Positions 12,898 to 24,420 of a DNA stretch of 64,000 bases are shown here, in pieces. Source of the stretch: Lama guanicoe (lineage: Eukaryota); assembly GCA_013239625.1 (NCBI GenBank), contig MU053873.1, forward strand, positions 3,176,524 to 3,240,523, in the 5' to 3' direction. Each line of letters begins with the position of its first letter. Within the stretch, counting starts at the first letter, position 1. Position numbers and translations under genes: made by a program. The notes below the pieces were generated by a model that was given only the letters and a program-made list of their open reading frames with translations, searched no databases and was not told the origin of the DNA.

Positions 12898-13685
12898 GCA
12901 GAGAGCATCCCACTGCTACCTGGGCGCCACCTCAGGAGGTTTCCAGGCTCTCAGGAAGAAGGGAAAACCAAATTCTTCAATGAGTTCTTTCCCTTTGCTT
13001 TACTGAGAAGTTGTATCAGTTACATCAGTCTTCTTTTTTTCTCTCCATCCACCAAACAATTTGCTCACAAAGGCTGGAGCCTGAAGGATTTCCCCTGAGT
13101 GTTTGTTTATAAGCCTCCCACCGGCAGGACGCTTTGTGTCTAGACCACTGTCAAACTTTAATGACAGCATCAACTGCGTCACGTCCCACCAAAAGCCAAC
13201 AGGAAGGCTGGCTCTGCTGCCCAGCTGGGTGGATGTCAGCTGCAGACAGCTGCAGATTTCCTGAGCAAGGACAGATGTAGCTTGTTTTCTCTTTCTTCTT
13301 CCATTTGTAAACTTTTGGGGGTAAGATGAGAATGCTGTTAGGGAAATGAATGTGTTGATTCTAATCATCTGAGCGGGCGGCCGAGGTGATGGCAGAGCAG
13401 GATGGGCTTCGCGTCATTTACCTGGAATGCAGCCAAGGAAAGACTGGGGAGGGAACAGAATTCCAATGAAGCTGGTGCCCCAGACACTGAGCACCAATAA
13501 GAAGACATCTATGAACCCACAGGCCACAAGGGGGGATGCAGCACATAGGGGACAGAATTCTCAGAACTGTCAAATTGGAAATGATTAAACCACTGCCTAG
13601 GCTTGTAGCTCTGCTCTGAAGCTCAGTGCTTGCCTGTTCCCTGAGGGGCTCCTCTGTGCTCTCTGCTCTGGGTCTCACTCTCACA

Positions 13686-13820
13686 GTGATGACGGTGGTG
13701 GTGGCGATGGTGATACTGGTGGGGAATGGAGGTAATGGTGATGATGTGATGGTGGCGGGGATGATGGTGTCAATCAGGATGGCAATGGTGGTAGTGGTGA
13801 TGATGGAGGTGATGGCAAGG
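13686..13820. repeat. (GGT/GAT)n degenerate trinucleotide repeat (continues at 14163-14187)
   Basis: gtgatgacggtggtggtggcgatggtgat...gtggtgatgatggaggtgatgg. Confidence 0.85.
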
Positions 13821-13825
13821 ACGAC

Positions 13826-14162
13826 TGCTTGGTCTGAATGTCTGCCCCTACCTCATTTACATTTTGAAATCACCCCCAGGGTGATGGTATTAGTCGGTGG
13901 GGTTTTGGAGGTGATCAGATCATGAGAGTAGAGACCTCATGAATGGGGTCAGTGCTGCTATAAAAGAAGGCACAGAGATCCCTAGACACTTCCACCATGG
14001 CACCAGCTATGAACCAGGAAGTGAACTCTCACCAAAAAGCGACCCTGCTGGTGCCCTGACCTTGGACTTCCCAGCCTCCAGAACTGTGAGTGCTCAGTTT
14101 CTGTTGCTCATAAGCCACCCAGTCTCCGGTATGTTGTTAGAGCAGCCCAGGCAGATGGGACA
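13826..14162 (+). mobile_element. MaLR LTR (MLT1A-like)
   Basis: tg...ggtctgaatgt...gtgatggtattag...cctcatgaatgggg...accttggacttcccagcctccagaactgtgag...ca. Confidence 0.85.
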
Positions 14163-16387
14163 ATGATGATGGTGATGATGATGGCAGCGAGTCTGCTTTG
14201 TGTCTGGCATTGTGACAAGCACTTAAATGCGTTATCTCATTAAATCTTCCCTGAAGCGCCGTGAGGGAGCTGCAGTGATTATTCCCACTTTATAAGATAA
14301 CAAGGACACAGAGAAGGTGAGTGTCTTGGCCAAAGTCACACAGTGGGGAAGCCATGGCACTGAGAGCCATGGCATCTAGTCTCCTGACTCCTAGTTCTCT
14401 GCCGCTTCTGTCAAGCTCCTATGTCATTCAATGCGCATCTTTATGCCTACTATGTGCTAAGTAATGTTCAAGGGAAAAGGTAAGCAAATATTTTTTCTGA
14501 AAAAGATCAGTTCGTTAGGTGAACTGACAAACTCTCCTTTGCTTAAGCCAATTTGAGTTTTGTTTCTGTCACTATCAAAAGAGCCGTAACTTGAACCAGT
14601 TTGCTCATCCATTTCCACTCACATACATACACTCACAATTCCAAATCAGCCAATCTCCCAGGAAAAACCATTTCCTTCACCATTTCTTGGTCTATCCTCA
14701 ATTTCTGAGGTTTCCTTCTACTCTCTCATTGTTTAAGCTCAGCCGTAAAGCAAAAGCACCAAAAGGAGATGAATGGATGAATGACCTTTCAAACCAAATT
14801 TCAGTTTGGAAGTGAATTCAGAACATTAAGAGTCTGACTTGGGGCTCCCATCTGAAGATGTCCAATTGGGACAATGAGCGTGCTTTTGGTTGTGAAGATT
14901 CACCTTCCCAAGCCTCTCGCATGCAGGTAAGTGCAGCCTAATCTCATCTAAACAATTTCAACTGGATTTATTTGAATAATTTAATATATACGTGCATCAT
15001 TCAATCTGTATCTCCTCCCACTTTTCTTTTTTTTAAGTAATTAACTTTGGAAAGCTAAGTTACTCTAATTTCCACTAAGTCTAAAGTGATAAAAGTTCAA
15101 TTGATGAAGTCTCCAGGGACAGGATCAGTATTTGCTCTTCGCCTGCCATCTCCAGGCTCCACGCGTTATTTGTAATTGACATTAGCAACTTTCGATTCTG
15201 ATTAATTACTGGAGAGCCTCTTTTCCACGCGGAGACAAAGCCACAAGTCGGAGAGTAACAGACCCCATCACTCCTAGGGGGGCTTCCTGTAACAGATTTT
15301 ATCATCCAGACCCCTCATCTCAGAGGCAGACGCACAGAAACTCATTTCTCTAGACGACAGCACCTCTCGAACCGGGCGCAGCCCGCGCATTCACGGTGTG
15401 GGATCAGGAAAGCTGGAAGGAACTCCGTCCCAGAAACGTGTCTGGGGCTGGCGACACCAGGGTCTAAGCTCCCTTTAGGACCAAGTTTCTCTTGTATGGA
15501 AACCTCTGTGGGGAGACAAGTAGGAGCCCGTGGTGCCTGGAAGGGGTGTGATACAGGCCCACATTCTCCCTGCTAGCTCCCCTAGAACGTGGGAGGCCGA
15601 TCCGAATGGAGAGTGTGTGAACAGAGAGTTTATAAACGTGTCGGGCCCTTCTGGATCAGGCTGAGATAATGGGGCAGTAATTAGGAGTGCTATCTCCTTG
15701 TCAAGAGAGCTATAAAAGGTATTATTTACACTCTGCTCATGGCCCCAAATGCCCTCCATATGTAAGGCCTTTTTAAATACTTCAGTTTCCAGCCAAAATA
15801 ATACATCTTTATGATCTGAAGTTCAGAGCCATTGGCGAGAAGAAAACACTAAAGAGTTTTTAAAAATGAAACCCTTAACACTCTGGGTTTGGTGAGGGCT
15901 GCGCAGGTGGTGGGAGGGGCTGTGTTTTGACCTAGAATTTGGAAATAGGAGTCTTTGGGTGGTCAAAAAACCAAAACAAACCAAAAGAAAAAAACAAACA
16001 TGAAAACTAAACAGAATCTGGCTTTGGGCTTCCTGAAGCCCGTACTAGATGTGGCAGATTCTCAAAGACAGGAGAGAGGACAAAGTAGAGACAGAGGACC
16101 TGGCACGCCTTCGGGAGAGGCAGGTACCAGGGAAGGCGAGAGCGCATAGTGGACCACTCGCTTCAGTCTTTCTCGGTAGATCCTGACCACACTCCTTTCA
16201 CATACAAGGTGAAAGAAAATCCTCAAGAGGACAGAGTTCTCATGGTGAAGTAATGTAGCTTAAAAAAACGACAGTCAGTGAGTAATGAGATTTGACTTCA
16301 GAGCCTTCCATCTGCACTCAGGCCCCTCCCCAACCTCTGTAGCCTCCTGACCAGGGCAGGGTGACCCCGCCCCAAGAAGACTCCACG

Positions 16388-16820
16388 CCACTGATTGGCT
16401 GGAAGCAGCTCCTATGGGCTTCTAAGAGCTGACTGCTGCACCTCAGGAATTTTGCGAGCCAGGTGTTAAAACACAGCTACACATGATTAAAAACTGAATA
16501 ATAAAAACTTACAATTAAATCACATTAATAGCAAAGGTAACACATATTCAAACACACCCCGCTTCTTAATTTTACTAACACTTTTCCCGCGCTTTTGAAG
16601 CTATTTACGGCCATCACATCTGTCTGTGCGAGAGGCTGTACCCACGTGCCGCCAGTCACGGCCTCCCAATCCCAGACTCAGTGACATCATGCTGTTGGCC
16701 AGAATCAGCCCCGGGGGTTGTTGGGGGGTGGCTTACATCACGGAGGTGGGAAAGCACTGCACACTCAGATTCCACTGAGCCTGGAGAGCCGGCTGTGAAC
16801 CATGTGCCAACACACCACCA
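16388..16820. mobile_element. MER63-like hAT-Blackjack DNA transposon
   Basis: gaattttgcgagccaggtgttaaa...actcagtgacatca...gagagccggctgtgaaccat...acacaccac. Confidence 0.6.
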
Positions 16821-17477
16821 CCCAAGCCTTGCTCCTGGTGATCTGGCAAAGTCCTCTCCAATCCAAGTTCACTGGGCCCTCCTGATCACATCAGTGGGAG
16901 GCCTGTGCCTTGTAAGGAAATCCACCCATACAGAAGGGAGCCGCCCCTTTGTCTGTTTTCGGCCCCACATTCTTTTTTATCTTCTCCCCTGAAGGTGGAA
17001 AATATACCCCAAAGTAACACCAAATAAATGATTCATGAACCATATATAATTGATGCTGGATTTAACAGAAGCAGAGCCGTAAGTGGTTGTCGATTAATTA
17101 TTTATGGCTCTGCCTGGGCTGCTGACAAGCCGGGCTCGGTGTGGAGATCACACCCATGCGCCCATGTTTTATTTAAACATTATTAAAAGTACACAGTCTG
17201 CAGTGAGGCCTTCCACTCCACTCAAAATTAGGTTCTGCGGTGAGGTCTCCACTGGGTCTCGCTAAGGCTGGAACGGCTGTCTCTCTCCCTCATGGGTGGG
17301 GTGTCAAGCTGCCTCCTCCTGCCCCCGTGGCATTTCTCTCTTCTTGATGTGATCCCAGCCCAGTTTTTCTGTGACCTGGGGCACATCAGGTCACCCCCCA
17401 GCCTTAGTTTGACAATCCGAGAAATGGGGATTATCCCAGGTGTTACCTTCAGGGTTACCATGAGGATGAGATCAGAG

Positions 17478-17693
17478 CAGCAATTATTAACGGGTGACTC
17501 CGCTCCCCAGGGGACATTTCGCCATGTCTGCAGATATTTTTGACTGTGATGACTTGGCCAGGAGCGGCGGCTACTTTCATCTACTGGACAGAGGCCAGGG
17601 ATGCTGCTAAATGCCCAACGAGGCACGGGACGCCCCCACCGCCAACCACTATTCAACATAAAGTATCAATAATGCCAAGACCAAGAAATCCAA
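17478..17693. mobile_element. MER20 (hAT-Charlie)
   Basis: ccccaggggacattt..ccatgtctgcagatatttttg...gaggccagggatgctgctaaa. Confidence 0.8.
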
Positions 17694-17779
17694 GATTACA
17701 GAATTGGCAATATTCATTTTTACGACTTACTTAAAAAAAATGTACCTGAATGACCGAATACTAGGTGTCTAAAGCTTAC

Positions 17780-18230
17780 CAGGAAGAGCATGGGTCTGAG
17801 TTAGTGAGACCTCGATTTGGATTCTAACTCTGCCACTTAACTGGGACTGGGACTTTGGAGAAGTTGCTTCGGTTCTCTGGTCTTAGTTTCTTTATTGGCA
17901 AAATGGGGATAATTACCTCCAAGGGTGAGGTTCAAATGAGAGAACTCATGTTAAGTATTAATCCAATGCCTAGCACGCGACAAACAGTAAACAAACACGA
18001 TACCGGATAGGGAAGTGGGCCGGCAGACTAATGATGCAGTCAGAGTGGAGGAAAAGAGAGTCAGAAGAGGAGCGAGAGAAGTAACAAAACAGTCGCATCT
18101 CCTAAGTGCCTCCTGTGCACTGTCACTGGGCACTGTCACATACACCATCACATCTACCCCACACAGCCACCCAGTGAGACTGACTACATTTTGCTCCCAT
18201 TTTACAGATGGGGAAACTGAGGCTCTGCAA
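17780..18230. mobile_element. Two MIR SINEs (17780-17990 plus strand, ~18090-18230 minus strand)
   Basis: cttagtttctttattggcaaaatggggataat and cccattttacagatggggaaactgaggct cores. Confidence 0.7.
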
Positions 18231-18260
18231 TGTTCATGTCCAGTGCTCTTTCTACCATCC

Positions 18261-18679
18261 TGTAGTGAGCTGAGGTGTCTCCCCAAAATTCTTATCCTAC
18301 TCGGAACCTTAGGATGTGATCTTTTTAGGAACAGGATCTTTGTAGATGTTGTTAGTTAAGATGAGGTCACACTGGAGTAGGGGAGCTTTGAATCCAATGA
18401 CTGGTGTTCTTATAAGAGAGGACACAGAGACAAGAAGAGGAGGCCATGTGAAGATGGAGGCAGAGATTAAAGCTACGTGACCACAGCTAAGGGACGCCAG
18501 AGCCTCCAGAAACTGGAAGGAGGAAAGATTCTCCCCTACACCCTCCAGAGGGGGTGTGGTCTTGCTGACACCTTTACTGCAGACTTCTGGCCCCCAGAAC
18601 TGTGAGCGAATACATCTCCATTGTTTTAAGACAACCAGCATTTGGTAATCTGTTACGGCAGCCTTAAGAAACTAACACA
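18261..18679 (+). mobile_element. Full-length MaLR solo LTR (MLT1C-like) with perfect 5-bp TSD CATCC
   Basis: TG...CA ends (tgtagtgagc...aactaacaca); CATCC at 18256-18260 and 18680-18684. Confidence 0.88.
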
Positions 18680-21600
18680 CATCCTCCCCTCAAAATGAGC
18701 CAGAACAACTGAGTGAGGAAATGAGAGCGAGAGAGAGAGATAACATGCCCACACATAGACAAGGGAGAACTTGTCTAGCAAGAGAAGCAGCCAGAGAGGA
18801 AAGGCTACAGGGTGGAAGGGAGGGAGGGGTTTGCAGCTGGCGTCCCGTCCCCAGTGGGGAGCTGTAAGGAGAAAGGAGAGCAGAAAGAGCAGAAAGAAAG
18901 GAAGAGTTGAGGACTCTGTATCTATATCCCCATGTGGTTTGCCACTGCCTTCCCGGAGACCTAGACACTGCCTGCCACACAGCAGCCATTCCCTAGTCAC
19001 TTGCTGAATTCAAATGTGAGGTCACCATGACCATGATCGGACAGCTACTCTCCCAAAGCCACCAATACTGCTTCATCATTTAAGACCCTCAGGTGACACA
19101 GCCTCCCCACAACCTTCTCCAGGTCTCCTGGTTGTACCAAACCACTTCCCCCTTCGCCCGACATCCCATCTTGTATCAGAATTATTTATAGACACATGCA
19201 TCTCCTCCTCTTGATCCAAAGGCACAGACACTGGTCCATTCTCATCTGCATCTCCCATAACACAAAACACGAGGACAGACGCATCGTAGGATGCAAACTG
19301 AAGTGCGTTGCTCTGGAAGTTCCAATTTTTAACTTTGGAGATGATCTCTTACAAGGTAAAACTTAAAAATGTTATGGAAACTATTCATTCAGCCAACCAC
19401 TGATGAGATCGATCCTATGCCTGACCCTGAACTGAATGCTGGAGACCAAGAATCAAAACCCAATCCCCCTCTCAGGTGCTCCCTGCCTGGGAAGCCAAGA
19501 ACACGAACAATTACAATCACGCACATGAACGGGGTGAACATGAAGGGTGTGGGAACACAGAGGAGGCATATAACTTAGAACTGGTGGGGCTAACAGTGAG
19601 GGCTTCCTGGAGGTGAGCCCTGATCTGAATTTTAAAGGTTGAGTGGGTGGGCAGAGGGCATGAAAACAAAGGTGATGAGTCAAGAAATAACTTGCTCTGG
19701 GTCCTGAACACTTCCCTTCATGCTTGAGCCCAGCATGCGAGATGACGTGATGCTGACAACCAAAGGCAGAAAAATCCACAGAGCCTAGATTTCAGAGGCT
19801 CTGGGAAGAAGCTGGGGCTTGTGCTGAAGGCAGCACAGAGCCATCAAGATATCTTAGCAGAGTGACACAGTTAGATGTGTCCCTTATAGAATGATCTTCT
19901 GCAGGGAGGAGTGAGAGTGGAGGAACAGTCGGGAGCCAGGATACACAGTAACTGTATAGGCCCAGACCAGAGAGGCTACAGATTAAAATGCAGACAGATA
20001 AAGCGGGGTTGGGACAGGAAGGGATGGATGTGAAAAGCACCTACAGAGGATAAAATCAGCAGGTACGACCATTAATCTGTGTGAGCCGGAGAGACAGGCC
20101 ACTGTGATTTCTGGCTTGGGTCACTGTGCAGTGCGTTAAGAGTGAGCAGAAGCACCAACTAAGTTTTTGAAGACCTGGAAAGCTTGTGAAAAGGACACCA
20201 GGCTCCAGGAAGAGTGAAGAAGAGAGAGTCAGGCCACGGTGCTGAAGGGTAAAGCCAGCAGGTGAAGCCTCTTTAACGGATGCCTCTGAAAGCTGGCAGA
20301 GGGCAGGCCATTCTGCCACCCTCAGCTCTGCCCACTGCCCTTGACCTCTTGTCCAACCAACCTGTCCGGGTCTGAGGTGGTTTCCCCTGGGCTCTGTAAC
20401 TACTGAAAAACAACAGGATATAAATCCACAGATGAGCTGTCTCACTGCTCCAATGACAAAGGGACTTGAATGATTTACAGCCAGAATATTCTTTTCTCCA
20501 TAATGGCTCCTGGAGTCGCCAGGAATAGTACATTTACAAAAATTAATGGCAAAACTTCATTTTTCTTTTTTCTGGGAAGAGAAGTTCCATCGTCAGGGTA
20601 ATTGATCCTGATCTGGACGTGCCGGTGCGCCAGCTAGGGGTGTAAATCATTCACCCAAAACAACTCGCAGCCCTTTAAACCAACACCAACAGTGACAAAT
20701 GGTCCAAGATGGGACAGGCAGAAAGTAACACGGAGAGGAGATCCATCAACATCCTCCCTGTTTCTCATCGGGGCACAGAGCATGGGATCCTTTCCTGGGG
20801 TCTCCCGTGGCAGAGTCGCTTTTCAGCAGGGTTGGATTGAAAGGGCAGCATGGTATCCAAATGAGAGCCGTAGAGCTGGACACACGGGGAAGCCCACCCT
20901 GGCCCTGGCAGCCCTGACTGCTGCCCTGGGCAGGGCACCTCACACCTCTGACCCTGCTGCGGTCGACATGAACACGAAAGAAGCAACATTTGCAAAGAGC
21001 TTAAGCACAGTGTGAGCCAACACATGTCTGTCCAGGGAATGAATGAATGAGTGAATGCCTGGACTGGGGACTTGAGAAATTCATATCCTATCCCTCCCAA
21101 GGAGATCCGAACTTTAAAAATGGAAGATGAAAAGGGGAATCTTTTACTCAAAGAAATGATTCCTAGTGGCGACCAGGAGCATGATGCCAACTGGCCTAAG
21201 AATCCTCCAAATCCCAGCACAGGGACTCTTATTTTGCCCGTGGAAGCTCTGAACGCCCACTACAGGGGACCATGTGAAATACACAAGCAGTGGCCTTGGA
21301 GGTACCTCTCCATTCGGTGTGAGCTCCTCAAGGCTGAGAGCGTGCCACGTTCCCTGCTGGGTCCCTAACATCTAGCACTGGGTTTGGTCCAGAGTAAAAG
21401 CCAGGGATACCTAGTGATCGCATGAATGAAAGAGGCAGAACCCTGACTGCCTTGCACAGAGAGCGGCTGCCCCCTTGTCTCACAGGCATGGGCTGGAGGA
21501 AGGCAAACTGAGGGCACAGACATGAACCTGGAGAGGTGAGAGGCTCTCTCCTGGGAAACCTGGAAGAGGACAGGATGCCTACCAATGGAAACAGGGCTCA

Positions 21601-21954
21601 CCTGAAAAAGACTGTGCTCACAGAACTCTCCCACTGAGCTGTGTTGTGTCCGTGCTGTGAGCTTCTGCAAAAAGCAGGGATCTTATGATTCCCCTCCCCC
21701 TTCCAATATCCATCCCCATGCCTTGCCCATAGTCGATGTTGAATGAATAAATGAATAAACAAATTATATGAGAAAACACATCCTCTCTTCTCCCACTGGA
21801 AATATCCCAGGGCGCAAAGGCACGGAGCGTACTTGAGGGAGACTCGGACACCTGCTGGTAGGACGGGGCTGTCAGCCCAGCTCTGTTCCTGAGCCCTGCT
21901 CATCCTCAGACTCACTGAGAAGATAACACATGGCAGGATCACTGGAGAACACCA

Positions 21955-22398
21955 GCCCAGTGGGAAGGGTGGCCCCTAAAAGTTACATCCTCCCAGGACC
22001 AGCCAATATGGCCTTATCTGGAAAAAGGCTGTCTACAAATATGATTAAGGTAAGGATCCCAAGATGAAATCAAACTGGAAGTGGGCCCTCAATCCAACGA
22101 CAGATGCCCTTACAAGAAAAAGGCAGAGGGGTGTGTGAGACACACGCGCACAGGAATGATGACAGGAGACGACAGAGGCAGAGCCTGGAGGGACCCGGCC
22201 ATGAGCCGAAAGACGCCCGGAGTCACCAGGATTTGGACGGGCCAAGAAGAATCCTACCCTGGAACCTTCAGAGGGAGCACGGACCTGTCAACGTCTTGAT
22301 TTCAGACTTGGCTTTCGGAACTGTGAAACAACACATTTCTCTCATTTTAAGTCACCCAGTTTTGGTAATTTGCGAAAGCAGCCCTAGAAAACTAATTT
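21955..22398 (+). mobile_element. MaLR LTR (MLT1C-like)
   Basis: ccttatctggaaaaagg...gtgggccctcaatccaacgac...ttcagagggagcacgg...gcagccctagaaaactaat. Confidence 0.8.
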
Positions 22399-23439
22399 GC
22401 CGCCCAACCACAGACACACCAAGAGTAGCTCAGCCTTGGGAAAGTGACCCAGAATCTTGCAACCAGAAAGCAGAGAAAGGTGTGGGCCTAATTTCAGCAT
22501 ACATGCAAGTTTTTTGTTTTATAGTTTTGATTCATTTATGGGAGTTGCATCATAATCTTTTCAGTATTTTAGGGCCTTTAAAGATCTTAACCTGTCCCTG
22601 GGAATGGGGGTAGGATAAGGAAAGTGAGAAGAGAGAGGAGGAGAGGAGAGACGAGGGGGAGAAAGAAAGAGTAGAGGAGACAGGAAGAAAACCACTATGT
22701 GATCTGACCAGAATGCCTGGGTGTCCGGCCAGCTAAAGAAGACATCAGAGGAGAAAGGCTGGGGATGTTCTCTTGCTCCAGCCGGAGCTGGCAGGAGGGG
22801 AACTCAGCTGCATGAGAAGCAGGGCTGTCAATGAGGAAGGCATCCTGTCAGTTGGAAGACAGAGCCTTTCTCTCTCCCAGGGCCACGAGGGGAGGAAGAA
22901 CTGCCAGTCATCGGGCTTGCGTCTTGTCTGGGAACCTGGCTCTCTGTGCGGAGCCCCCCCCCCCACACACACACACAGCAGCCGCACTGCTGGCTTGTCA
23001 AGGACAAAGCTGATGGGAATGACACTGGCCGTGGGAGGCAGTGGCCCGAAAAATATATTTGCTGCAGGAGGACAAGGTGGTGAGACCTGTCACAAAACCC
23101 GAGTGGACAGGGCAGGAAGGGGATGACGACTGTGATTTTAAAGGCCTCTGGGTCACACCACAGCACGCTGTGGGTCATCTCAGAGAAGGCTCTCGGGTGG
23201 CAGGCGAAGTGGGGGCCAGATGCCTCCCGGGTTACAGAAGCAGGAATCTGGAGTCTCAGGGACATATGGACACATGGGGGAAAGGAGGAGAAGGCTCTCT
23301 CAGATGCTGTGATCCCTGTAGGAAACTCTTCTCAGAAAAATACACTGAACTGTGGAAAAACTTTCCCAATGGAAGGAAACAAATTTGAACACGTACCTTG
23401 GACCACACCAGGGGGCAAAGCACGGCTCAGGGAATCAAA

Positions 23440-23920
23440 GCAGGGACTACAGAGTTGGACAGTCCTGGGTTCAAAGCCTTACTTCCATGTGGTCCTGGGC
23501 AAGCGAATGTACCCCTCTGGGCCTCAGTTTGGCACATGGGTGTCCCCCTGCCTTAGTTTCCCCATCTGGCAACGGCAACACGAATAGCATCGACCTCACA
23601 GCACTGATACGAAGATTTAAACGAGAACGTTTAACCCGGAATCTGGCACGGAGCAAGTGCTTCATGAACGGGGGCCTAGATGACCGTTCTGATCTTTTCT
23701 CATTGTGGTTGCTGCTAACAGCCCAGGAAGAGCTCTGTCAGTTACTGGGTCAGACCTGTGACCTCAGACATATGACGTTAGACAAGTTCTCTCACCTCTT
23801 TGAAGTCTCCGTTTCCTCATCTATAAAAATAGTATGGCAATTCTAACTTCACAGGGTTGTTACCACAGTTATATGATATTATGGGTGTTAAGACTACGTG
23901 CAAGGGAGACGTTTAATAAA
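23440..23920 (+). mobile_element. MIR SINE copies
   Basis: cctgggttcaaa...gggcctcagttt...gtttccccatctg; gtttcctcatctataaaaatag. Confidence 0.65.
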
Positions 23921-24234
23921 CACCGCCTCTCTCCTCTTCGCAGGAGGCCGCCCCGACCTCCAGGGGAGCACGTCTGTGCGGTGGGAAGAGAAAGCCCAGA
24001 GGCTGAGACTCAGGCACTCGGAAGGCCTTCAGCAGGAGTGAATGCCATTGGCTCACTTGGGACCCGCCCCCAGAGCTTGCAGCCAATGGCAGCATCGCCT
24101 CTCCCATCCCTCCCTCCGGCCTAACCCAGAAGCCGGCAAGACCTGCCCCCGGCTCCCACCTGAATGGCGGAAGGCGGGACAGCCCTTCCACCTAGACCCT
24201 CAACTCAGGGCGCAAAGGCGCGGCCCGCACTCAC

Positions 24235-24420
24235 CAGCTCCACGCACCGCCGGCTGGCCTCGGCCTCCCGTTGCACCAGCTCCTCCATGTCCGCCTTCAG
24301 CTCCTCCAGGCGTCGCTGGTAATACTGGCTGCTCTCCCGCTGCTGGGACTCGGACGTGGCCGCCTGCGAGAGCTCTTCGCCCATCTTGATCAGGCTGTCC
24401 CGAAGCCGGATCACCAGAAC
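24235..24420 (-). CDS. MYO18B: MYO18B coding exon (~ex39), 186 nt: VLVIRLRDSLIKMGEELSQAATSESQQRESSQYYQRRLEELKADMEELVQREAEASRRCVEL
   Basis: Acceptor ...ggcccacttcag; consensus donor GTGAGT; 62 codons; overlaps ORF 24205-24414. Confidence 0.95.

Larger units (their letters stand above)
1..24234 (-). other. MYO18B: Large MYO18B intron (>24.2 kb, continues past window start)
   Basis: Starts at donor GTGAGT (24234). I found no further coiled-coil-coding exon in 1-24234; content is repeats and unique non-coding DNA. Confidence 0.85.

Noticed and set aside
13626..13925. Hydrophobic Val/Met-rich 99-aa ORF resembling a membrane peptide
   Set aside because: It is the translation of the (GGT/GAT)n repeat running into an MLT1A LTR.
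1..24234. Next MYO18B exon or a nested gene/pseudogene in the long intron
   Set aside because: No ORF or hand-read segment resembled the expected continuation or any protein, tRNA or snRNA that I recognise. A very short or non-coding exon cannot be excluded without RNA data.
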